Assembly: GCA_963705505.1 (NCBI GenBank)
Contig: CAVPJU010000010.1
Coordinates: 640,001-704,000 of the forward strand
Length of the DNA stretch: 64,000 nucleotides
Reading direction: 5' to 3'
From: an uncultured bacterium
GTDB taxonomy: Bacteria > Desulfobacterota_D > UBA1144 > Nemesobacterales > UBA2774
The notes below the pieces were generated by a model that saw only the letters and a list, made by a program, of their open reading frames with translations, was not told where the DNA came from and did not search any database. A program made the position numbers and the translations under genes. Positions 56,775 to 64,000 of the stretch are shown piece by piece (the first letter of the stretch is position 1; every line of letters starts with the position of its first letter).

Positions 56775-57458
56775 TCAGAATAATCTCATTAAGTCCTCAG
56801 GGCCGATCTCTTTAAGGCTCTCCCTGACCATGTGAGCCTGAGTGAGCTCTTTGGCAGGATATGAGTTCGCTACCGCAAGACATTTCATGCCCGCCGAAAG
56901 GGCCGACTTGATTCCGGAAACAGAATCCTCTATGACGAGACATTCGCCTGACGATATTGCGCCTGCGCCCGGCCTCACGGCGTTTAATCTTTTTAGCACC
57001 TCTATATATACGTCCGGGGCTGGCTTGCAATTCACTATGTCGTCCGCGCTCACGATCACCTCGAAATACTTTTTTATTCCGGCGAAATTAAGAATATGCA
57101 ATATCTCGTCCCTGAGCGCCCCGGAGCCGATAGCAAGTCGGTATTTACCCTCAATCCTGCTTATGAAATCCTTAACCCCGGGAAGGATCTCGATATGACC
57201 TTTTATCAAGTCATCGTAGAACCCGGATTTCCTGTCCATCATCTCCGCGATCAAAACTTCGTCGTGCTTATAACCCCGGTCTTCAAGTACCCTCCTGAAA
57301 AAGGTCTTGTCGTCATAGGCGAGATAATTCGCATAATAATCCTCTTCAGTGAGCGGAATAGCCCGTTCTCCGAGTGTAAGCTGAAACGCGTGGAGATGTA
57401 CGGGCTCGGTATTCGCAATAATGCCGTCGAAATCAAAAATCACCGCTTTTAACACCAT
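56775..57458 (-). CDS. HAD-family phosphatase (beta-PGM-like)
   Basis: FDFDG, KPAPD, IEDS..G..SA..AGM. Confidence 0.9.
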   Translation of the reverse strand: MVLKAVIFDFDGIIANTEPVHLHAFQLTLGERAIPLTEEDYYANYLAYDDKTFFRRVLEDRGYKHDEVLIAEMMDRKSGFYDDLIKGHIEILPGVKDFISRIEGKYRLAIGSGALRDEILHILNFAGIKKYFEVIVSADDIVNCKPAPDVYIEVLKRLNAVRPGAGAISSGECLVIEDSVSGIKSALSAGMKCLAVANSYPAKELTQAHMVRESLKEIGPEDLMRLF

Positions 57459-57741
57459 TTAAGAACTCCGTAATATGAAGTCAGCTGCCTGGCGATTCCT
57501 TCTGCTGATTATGACATAAAAATACCCGTTTATATAAGGTATTAGCACCGGGCATCAATATAGAGCCGTAAGGAAGAGATTATGATAAGCAGCAGATCGG
57601 AGAAAAACTTGCGAAACTTTTCAGGAGATGAATCATCTAAATATAAGTTGGAATCGAGACCGACCCGGTGAATGTCCTGCAGTCCGATTCATGCCGCGTT
57701 GTGCAAACTCAGCAATGCATATTAAAATACGTAGGACCCGT

Positions 57742-57750
57742 TGTTATAAT
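57742..57750 (+). promoter_or_regulatory. Extended -10 promoter element before arsM
   Basis: TGTTATAAT 25 bp before ATG 57776. Confidence 0.5.
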
Positions 57751-57775
57751 CGATCAGGGAGGAGGCAGCAATAGG

Positions 57776-58738
57776 ATGGACAAAACAGACGCTATAAGAG
57801 AAACGGTCAGGAATTTTTACTCCAGAGCGGCAGAGTCCCCTGAAGAAAACCTCTGCTGCCCTGGGGGCTACCCCGCCGAAGATACGAGTCATATACCGAG
57901 AGCGGTAATCGACAGGTTCTACGGGTGCGGAAGCCCCGTGGGCCTCGCCGGAATCACCCCCGGCGAAACAGTCATCGACCTAGGATCAGGAGCCGGAATA
58001 GATTGTTTCATAGCGGCTAAAAAGACCGGCCCCGAGGGGAAAATCATCGGCATCGATATGACCGACGAGATGCTTGTAGTTGCAAACGAATGCAGGGGAG
58101 CCGTTTCGAAGAATCTCGGATACGGGAACGTCGAATTCCGGAAAGGGTTTCTCGAGGATATACCGGTCGAGACAAAATCCGCCGACCTTATAACGTCCAA
58201 TTGCGTTATCAACCTTTCCCCGAATAAGAGGAAGGTATTTGCCGAGATGTGGAGGGCGCTCAAAGACCACGGAAGGATCGTAGTTTCAGATATAGTGTCC
58301 GACCGCGAGACGCCCGGCCGCTTAAAAAATGACGAGCGGCTTTTAGGGGAGTGCATCGCGGGCTCGCTTACTGAAAATCAGTTCCTGTCCTACCTGGAGC
58401 AGGCGGGTTTTTACGGTTTGGAGGTGCTCGATAAGGTCTACTGGAAGACAATCGAAAACATCGATTTTTATTCAGTCACGGTCAGGGGCTACAAGTTCCA
58501 AAAAACGACCGGCTGCGTGTATTTAGGCCAGCATGCGGTTTACAAGGGTCCCTTTAAGGTTATCATCGACGAAGAGGGACATGTATTCCCAAGGAATCAG
58601 GCGGTCGAGGTCTGCACAGATACGGCAATGAAACTTTCCCGGCCACCCTATTCCGGTATGTTTACTATAACGGAGACCGACGGAAAGCCCGGATATAACC
58701 GCTGCAATTCATCGGAAGACGGAAGCTGTTGCTGTTGA
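57776..58738 (+). CDS. arsM: Arsenite S-adenosylmethionine methyltransferase (ArsM/AS3MT-like)
   Basis: LCC, FYGCGSP, DLGSGAGID, SNCVINL, GECIAG, C-terminal extension and CCC tail. GGAGGAGG SD supports the start at 57776. Confidence 0.8.
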   Translation: MDKTDAIRETVRNFYSRAAESPEENLCCPGGYPAEDTSHIPRAVIDRFYGCGSPVGLAGITPGETVIDLGSGAGIDCFIAAKKTGPEGKIIGIDMTDEMLVVANECRGAVSKNLGYGNVEFRKGFLEDIPVETKSADLITSNCVINLSPNKRKVFAEMWRALKDHGRIVVSDIVSDRETPGRLKNDERLLGECIAGSLTENQFLSYLEQAGFYGLEVLDKVYWKTIENIDFYSVTVRGYKFQKTTGCVYLGQHAVYKGPFKVIIDEEGHVFPRNQAVEVCTDTAMKLSRPPYSGMFTITETDGKPGYNRCNSSEDGSCCC

Positions 58739-58763
58739 CACTAATCAATCAAAGGAGGGCAGG

Positions 58764-59099
58764 ATGGATTACTACGACCCGAAGGATCTAAAACGTTTTT
58801 CAGAGATGGGCAAGTTCAGCGAAGAGCTGATGAAGAAGTTTTTCGATTATTACAACTCGGCGACAGGGGAGGAAGGCGCTCTCTCGAAAAGAGAGAAGGC
58901 CCTCATCGCTCTGGCCGTGGCGCACGTTAAAAAATGCCCCTACTGCATCGACGCATACACTACACAGTGTCTCGAAACGGGGTCGAATCCCGAGCAGATG
59001 ACGGAGGCGATACACGTCGCGGCATCGATGGAAGCGGGGATCACATTGATTCACGGTATTCAGATGCATAATGTGCTCGAAAGATCGGGCGCATTATAA
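58764..59099 (+). CDS. AhpD/CMD-family peroxidase-like protein (arsenosugar-cluster associated)
   Basis: KREKALIALAVAH..KCPYCIDAY; AAGGAGG SD. Confidence 0.88.
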   Translation: MDYYDPKDLKRFSEMGKFSEELMKKFFDYYNSATGEEGALSKREKALIALAVAHVKKCPYCIDAYTTQCLETGSNPEQMTEAIHVAASMEAGITLIHGIQMHNVLERSGAL

Positions 59100-59162
59100 G
59101 GTTCGTATATTTGAATTAAAACATATACAGGCAAGCATTCCGAAGCAGATACGGAGCTCCCG

Positions 59163-60200
59163 ATGTCTCAGTCTCAAGCGCTTAAGCGTAAAGAAGAAAT
59201 AACGGTCGCAGATGACGAGGCCAGGTACAACTTCCATAAAACGCTTGAGGAATATAAGCAAAAGCTCCCGCCGCAGCGTATAAGCACGCTCCAGGTGAAC
59301 GTAACCAGGCTCTGCAATCAAGCCTGCGTCCACTGTCATGTCGATGCTTCCCCCAGAAGGACAGAGCAGATGGGTTTAGACACTGTAAACCGCTGCCTCG
59401 AAATTCTCGGGAATCATGACTCGATAGAAACTCTCGATATAACGGGCGGGGCCCCCGAGCTCAATCCCCATTTCGACTACTTTGTCTGCGAGGCAGGGAA
59501 GCTCGGCAAGCATGTCATAATCAGGCATAACCTCACGGTCACCATAGACGGAAACCCCGTAACGGGAGAGAGTAAATCTTACCTCCCGCAGTTTTATGCC
59601 GAGAACGGAGTGGAAGTCATTTCGTCGCTGCCCTATTACGAGGAATACTTCACCGACAAGCAGAGGGGCAAAGGGGCGTTCGAGAAGAGCATCAAATCGA
59701 TTTCACTGCTCAATGCCGAAGGTTACGGTAAAGAAGACACGGGGCTCGTCTTGAATTTCGTTTATAACCCGGTGGGAGCGTTCCTTCCGGCTTCGCAGAA
59801 AAGCCTCGAAGCCGATTTCAGGAGGGAGCTCAAGAGGAAATACGGAATCGTATTCAATAAGCTCTACACCATAACGAACATGCCTATAAACCGGTTCAAG
59901 CTGCTGCTGAAACGGCTGGGGGCTTATGACGAGTACATGACGAAGCTGGTAAACGCGTACAACCCCGCCGCCGCCGAGGGGGTAATGTGCCGGTCGCTCA
60001 TAAGCGTAGGTTATGACGGCAGAGTCTATGATTGCGATTTTAACCAGATGCTCGAAATGGAGGTCACGAAAAAAGGCGAGCCCATGACCGTTTTTAATTT
60101 CGATTACGAGAGCCTCCTTAACCGGAGGATATTATTCGCTTCGCACTGTTACGGGTGCACGGCGGGCCCGGGCAGCAGCTGCGGGGGGTCGACGGCGTAA
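59163..60200 (+). CDS. arsS: Radical SAM protein ArsS (arsenosugar biosynthesis; DUF3641 C-terminus)
   Basis: LQVN..RLCNQACVHCHV, DITGGAPELN, TNMPI.RF, MCR, YDCDFNQ, HCYGCTAG.GSSCGG. Confidence 0.88.
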   Translation: MSQSQALKRKEEITVADDEARYNFHKTLEEYKQKLPPQRISTLQVNVTRLCNQACVHCHVDASPRRTEQMGLDTVNRCLEILGNHDSIETLDITGGAPELNPHFDYFVCEAGKLGKHVIIRHNLTVTIDGNPVTGESKSYLPQFYAENGVEVISSLPYYEEYFTDKQRGKGAFEKSIKSISLLNAEGYGKEDTGLVLNFVYNPVGAFLPASQKSLEADFRRELKRKYGIVFNKLYTITNMPINRFKLLLKRLGAYDEYMTKLVNAYNPAAAEGVMCRSLISVGYDGRVYDCDFNQMLEMEVTKKGEPMTVFNFDYESLLNRRILFASHCYGCTAGPGSSCGGSTA

Positions 60201-60238
60201 ATTCCTATGAGAAAGAGCATCGGCGGTGCGATAATCCC

Positions 60239-60871
60239 ATGAGGGGTGTTCCCGAAAAAAGCACACTCATCATTTTTGCCAAATACCCCGAGCCCGGGAA
60301 GGTCAAGTCAAGAATCGCGAGCGAACTGGGGGCGGAGAGGGCGGCCGAGGTCTATTCCCGCATTGCAAAGGCAGTTATAGAAAAGGTATCAACGTCCGAC
60401 ACTCACAGAACTATAATTTTTTACGACCCGCCCGAAAGGGAAAACGAGATAAAACTGTGGCTAGGAATTAACAAGCATTCGTTTGAGCGCCAGTCGGGAA
60501 GCACAATCGGAGAAAAGATGTCGAACTCTTTCCGTGCCGTATTTTCGAGGGGCGCGGAAAAAGCTGTCTTAATCGGGACGGACATTCCCGAAATCACAGC
60601 CGGTACCGTAAACGCCGCATTCGGCCTGCTCGATGAAACGGATGTCGTGCTTGGCCCGGCAGAGGACGGGGGGTATTACCTGATGGGGTTAAGAAATTCC
60701 GAGCCCCTGCTATTCAGGGACATCGAGTGGAGTACGAACCTGGTGCTCAGCCAAACGATCGACCGCATAAAAGAGAGAAAACTTAGTTATAATCTGCTTC
60801 AAACATTGAAAGATGTCGATACGGCGGGAGATATCGATCAGGACCTCGTCGCTGCACTAAAATTAAAATAG
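60239..60871 (+). CDS. DUF2064/TIGR04282-type glycosyltransferase-like protein
   Basis: FAKYPEPGKVKSR, IGTDIP, LGPAEDGGYYL, WST, DVD. Confidence 0.88.
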   Translation: MRGVPEKSTLIIFAKYPEPGKVKSRIASELGAERAAEVYSRIAKAVIEKVSTSDTHRTIIFYDPPERENEIKLWLGINKHSFERQSGSTIGEKMSNSFRAVFSRGAEKAVLIGTDIPEITAGTVNAAFGLLDETDVVLGPAEDGGYYLMGLRNSEPLLFRDIEWSTNLVLSQTIDRIKERKLSYNLLQTLKDVDTAGDIDQDLVAALKLK

Positions 60872-60932
60872 GAAATTTCATTTCCGTGGGTCTGGCGACG
60901 ACCCGAGGGAACTCCTGATCCCGGTCCTGCCT

Positions 60933-60960
60933 GAATCCAATCGAGGCCGGGCTCCGTATT
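60933..60960 (+). promoter_or_regulatory. Putative ECF-sigma promoter GAATCC-N16-CGTATT
   Basis: Matches ATCC-N16-CGT(C/A)T from the three sites at the window start; intergenic and oriented toward tlpA. Confidence 0.4.
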
Positions 60961-61043
60961 CTGCTCTATGCCTCACAGAAAAAATGAATGGTATATTATT
61001 TAGGATTCTTTATTATATAGTCCGTTGAGCCCGGGGAGATATC

Positions 61044-61568
61044 ATGAAAAAATTATTCGTATTTCTTGCACCCGCTATAATCCTCATCCCTGTTCTTTTA
61101 TCCTGTGACCAGGGAAAGGGAGATTCGGATAACGAATCGGGCAAACCTGCGGCAAAGAGCTTCTCCCTCGAAACCGTCGACGGCAGCAAAAAAGTCAGCC
61201 TTGGTGATTTTAAAGGGAAGCCGGTAGTTGTTAATTTCTGGGCTACCTGGTGCGGTCCCTGCAAAGAGGAACTGCCCCTCTTCCAAAGGATGTGGAACAA
61301 ATACGAGGATAAAGACATCACATTCATAGGCATAGATGTTATGGACGACAGGTCGAATGCAGCGGAATTTATCAAAAGCACCGGCATCACCTACACGAAC
61401 CTTTACGATCAGCCGGGAGAGGTATCCTCAAAATATATGGTCGTGGCGCTGCCGGCTACATTTTTCATAGATAAGGAAGGGAAAATAGCCGTTAAAAACT
61501 ACGGGCCCTTCGTCGGGGACGACGGGGAAAAGAAATTCAAGCTGTATATAAAGGAGATAACCGAGTGA
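61044..61568 (+). CDS. TlpA/ResA-family thiol-disulfide oxidoreductase lipoprotein
   Basis: Lipobox LLS-C, NFWATWCGPC, LPATFFID. Confidence 0.92.
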   Translation: MKKLFVFLAPAIILIPVLLSCDQGKGDSDNESGKPAAKSFSLETVDGSKKVSLGDFKGKPVVVNFWATWCGPCKEELPLFQRMWNKYEDKDITFIGIDVMDDRSNAAEFIKSTGITYTNLYDQPGEVSSKYMVVALPATFFIDKEGKIAVKNYGPFVGDDGEKKFKLYIKEITE

Positions 61569-62320
61569 ATCATGCTGAGCTCCAGGTAAGCTGGATCATC
61601 GCATTTCTGGCAGGTGTAATCTCGTTCCTCTCCCCATGCGTGCTGCCCCTTATCCCGGGGTACGTTTCCATGGTTTCCAAAATGTCGTTCGATGAGCTCA
61701 CGGGGGAAACGACAGAGAGAAAAACCGGCAGGATCCTCGTACCCAGCCTCCTCTTCGTGCTGGGGTTTTCATTCGTATTCGTGACGCTGGGCGCCTCCGC
61801 TTCCTATATCGGCACATTCCTTCACGAGAACAAGGTGCTTCTCCTGCGGATCTCGGGAGTGATAATCATACTATTCGGGCTTTTTTCGATGGACATACTC
61901 AAAATCCCCCAGCTATACAGGGAAAGGAGACTTTACTTCACGGACGGCAATCTGGGCCTCGTAGGCATTTTCTTCCTCGGTATCGCTTTCGGTTTCGGAT
62001 GGACGCCCTGTGTAGGACCGATACTGGCCTCGATACTCCTTTATGCGAGCACCGCCGAGGGAGCGGGAAAGGGGGCGCTGCTGTTGTTTATCTATTCGAT
62101 CGGCCTCGGTCTCCCGTTTATCGTCACCGGTCTTGCCCTTTCAAAAGCCCTCACCGCCTTCGGATGGATAAAGCGCAATTATGGCCTCTATAAAATCATT
62201 GTCGGTGGGACGTTAATAATCGTTGGAATCCTCATGGTCACCAATAACCTCTTTTACCTCAATATTCTCGGCCAGAGGGCACTCGACTGGGCTGGGATAG
62301 ATTTCTGGAAGTCCTTCTGA
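61565..62320 (+). CDS. ccdA: CcdA/DsbD-type transmembrane disulfide reductase
   Basis: SFLSPCVLPLIPGY, WTPCVGP; GTG start overlaps the tlpA stop. Confidence 0.9.
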   Translation: MNHAELQVSWIIAFLAGVISFLSPCVLPLIPGYVSMVSKMSFDELTGETTERKTGRILVPSLLFVLGFSFVFVTLGASASYIGTFLHENKVLLLRISGVIIILFGLFSMDILKIPQLYRERRLYFTDGNLGLVGIFFLGIAFGFGWTPCVGPILASILLYASTAEGAGKGALLLFIYSIGLGLPFIVTGLALSKALTAFGWIKRNYGLYKIIVGGTLIIVGILMVTNNLFYLNILGQRALDWAGIDFWKSF

Positions 62321-62324
62321 GAAT

Positions 62325-63119
62325 TTGAGAAACCAAGCCCGACTGTTGTATGATTCTTCCGTGAATTCAGTGAGCGTAAACTGGAATCGTCCTCCCGGTA
62401 CCCTGACCCTTAATGAAGGTGAAATCCATGTATGGAGAATAGCCCTCGATGACCCGGCCCTGAAACCCGAGGATTTATTTAAGGACATACTTTCCGAAGA
62501 GGAAAAACAAAGAGCGGTCAGGCTCCGCTTTTCAGAGTACAGGAACAAATTCATCAACGCGCGCAGCTGCCTTAGAAAGATACTGGGGAATTATTTAAAA
62601 ACTCATCCGAAAGAAATCGTTTTCGAATGCAATGAATACGGGAAGCCGGCGATCCCCGCCGAATCCAACCCGGACGAAATAAAGTTCAACCTGACACATT
62701 CCCGGAATCTCGCCCTTTGCGCAGTCGCAAAAAAAAATGATGTAGGCATCGACGTCGAATTCGTGAGACACGTGATGCGGCCGGATAGGATACTCGAACG
62801 CTTTTTTTCCGAGAATGAAAGAGAGCTCTATAATTCACGCCCGGAAACTATGAAAATCCGGGCTTTTTTCAAGCTATGGACAATAAAAGAAGCATATTCG
62901 AAAGCGCTCGGGACCGGTTTTACGTCACGACTAAAGGGAGCAGACTTGTCTTCGGTTCTAAGAGACGCGTCACCCGCTTGTGCCCTCGTGTCCCTCAGGG
63001 AAGGCGAAGGAAAATGGTCAATACTGCAAATCGCTCCCGACGGCGAACACATAGGAGCCCTGGCCTTGAGGGGAGAGATGAAAAGAATCAGTTATTTCTT
63101 AGCCGGTCAGTCGGGATAA
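62325..63119 (+). CDS. Sfp-type 4'-phosphopantetheinyl transferase
   Basis: YGKP, FNLTHS, GIDVE, WTIKEAYSKALG; start codon uncertain. Confidence 0.9.
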   Translation: MRNQARLLYDSSVNSVSVNWNRPPGTLTLNEGEIHVWRIALDDPALKPEDLFKDILSEEEKQRAVRLRFSEYRNKFINARSCLRKILGNYLKTHPKEIVFECNEYGKPAIPAESNPDEIKFNLTHSRNLALCAVAKKNDVGIDVEFVRHVMRPDRILERFFSENERELYNSRPETMKIRAFFKLWTIKEAYSKALGTGFTSRLKGADLSSVLRDASPACALVSLREGEGKWSILQIAPDGEHIGALALRGEMKRISYFLAGQSG

Positions 63120-63224
63120 TCATCCGAAAAATCGTTCCTTAACATCAATCGTTATCCCGGTTATAATACAAATCTTCCGATAATAGCGGGCTTATTTGCT
63201 CCGGTTATCCGGAAAGTTACCTCA

Positions 63225-63252
63225 TTGACTACTTTTAATATAAAATTATAAT
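63225..63252 (+). promoter_or_regulatory. Sigma70-type promoter
   Basis: TTGACT-N16-TATAAT upstream of the FmdB gene. Confidence 0.55.
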
Positions 63253-63289
63253 ACTTTCACTTCATTAGGGTGCCGGAGGTCCTAAGAGA

Positions 63290-63514
63290 GTGCCGATATT
63301 CGAATACAGGTGTCTCGAATGCGACGAGAGGTTCGATACCTTGGTTCTAAGCAGTGAAGAAGTAATCACGTGCAGTTCATGCCAGAGCAAGAATCTTGAG
63401 AAGCAATTCTCCCCTTTCGGAATAAAGTCCGAGGGTGAATTCTCCCCGTCCGGCTCAGCAGGCAGTGGATGCGGATGCAGTCCCGTAAGCTGCGGATGCG
63501 GGGTGAAAAACTAA
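63290..63514 (+). CDS. FmdB-family zinc ribbon protein
   Basis: MPIFEYRCLEC...F...CSSC, Cys/Gly-rich tail; GGAGG SD. Confidence 0.88.
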   Translation: MPIFEYRCLECDERFDTLVLSSEEVITCSSCQSKNLEKQFSPFGIKSEGEFSPSGSAGSGCGCSPVSCGCGVKN

Positions 63515-63580
63515 CGTAAAGATTCGTTATGCAAATCCAAACAATTATAAAAGCAACAATAAACGGAGGATTATCATTAC

Positions 63581-64000
63581 ATGTCAAATTCGGCTGATAA
63601 AGAGGAAGGTATGGCTGATAAAGAAAAAGATATGAAGCAAGCCGCTCTGGAATACCACAGTGTTGGCCGAAAAGGGAAAATAGAGGTTGTACCGACTAAG
63701 CCTTGCCTGACGCAATGGGACCTCTCTTTGGCATACTCGCCGGGCGTGGCGGAGCCATGTATGGAGATATACAGAGACCCCAATTTAGCCTACGAATATA
63801 CAAACAAGGGAAACCTGGTAGGGGTTATAACGAACGGTACCGCTGTTCTGGGCCTTGGGAAGATAGGGGCGCTGGCCGGCAAGCCCGTGATGGAAGGTAA
63901 AAGCGTCCTCTTTAAGAGGTTCGCCGGGATAGACGCGTTCGATATCGAGTTAAATACGGACGACCCCGACGAGATTATAAGAACAGTCAAATATCTGGAG
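63581..64000 (+). CDS. maeB: NAD(P)-dependent malic enzyme (3' end outside the window; missing from the ORF track)
   Basis: Translated by hand: [62 protein letters not shown]. Confidence 0.88.
   Translation, partial: MSNSADKEEGMADKEKDMKQAALEYHSVGRKGKIEVVPTKPCLTQWDLSLAYSPGVAEPCMEIYRDPNLAYEYTNKGNLVGVITNGTAVLGLGKIGALAGKPVMEGKSVLFKRFAGIDAFDIELNTDDPDEIIRTVKYLE

Noticed and set aside
57542..57568. TTAGCACCG as a CIRCE element
   Set aside because: No matching right arm at N9.
57668..57775. N-terminal extension of ArsM from GTG 57668
   Set aside because: A strong SD and an extended -10 lie inside it and point to ATG 57776.
58727..58744. Selenocysteine read-through of the TGA after the ArsM CCC tail
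   Set aside because: Read-through adds only two residues before TAA, and the downstream sequence is the next gene's RBS with no evident SECIS hairpin.

Overview
A 64-kb chromosomal window from a diderm bacterium that looks deltaproteobacterial/Thermodesulfobacteriota-like (it has RpoH, BamA/Skp/LolCD, PyrR and small-type PurL; the exact lineage cannot be fixed from sequence alone). The centre (12-56 kb) is housekeeping: tRNA-Asn, rpoH, alaS, rlmN, prsW, purL, purF, valS, the tRNA(Thr-Tyr-Gly-Thr)-tuf-rpmG-tRNA-Trp-secE-nusG-rplKAJL-rpoBC cluster, lysS-lolC/E-lolD-bamA-skp-fabZ, lepB-pyrRBC, gmk-rel and manC. The left end (1-12 kb) is accessory: an ECF sigma with a soluble zinc anti-sigma, a secreted Cys-pair protein, an acyl-AMP ligase/ACP/acyltransferase fusion, a cation:H+ antiporter-PTS EIIA fusion, a GH63-like glucosidase and DUF72. 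The right end (56-64 kb) is also accessory: a DUF4124/Mrr-like membrane protein, a HAD phosphatase, an arsM-AhpD-arsS-glycosyltransferase arsenosugar-type cluster, tlpA-ccdA-Sfp PPTase, an FmdB zinc ribbon and the start of a malic enzyme. The most notable unannotated signal is a repeated ECF-type promoter, ATCC-N16-CGT(C/A)T. It occurs before the anti-sigma, the secreted protein, the ligase-ACP-acyltransferase and, 59 kb away, tlpA-ccdA-PPTase. This suggests a thiol-stress regulon that couples a lipid-acylation enzyme to its activating PPTase (inference). Seven single-base indels break genes, all within the first 22 kb, and are most likely sequencing or assembly errors. No CRISPR array, integrase or transposase was seen.
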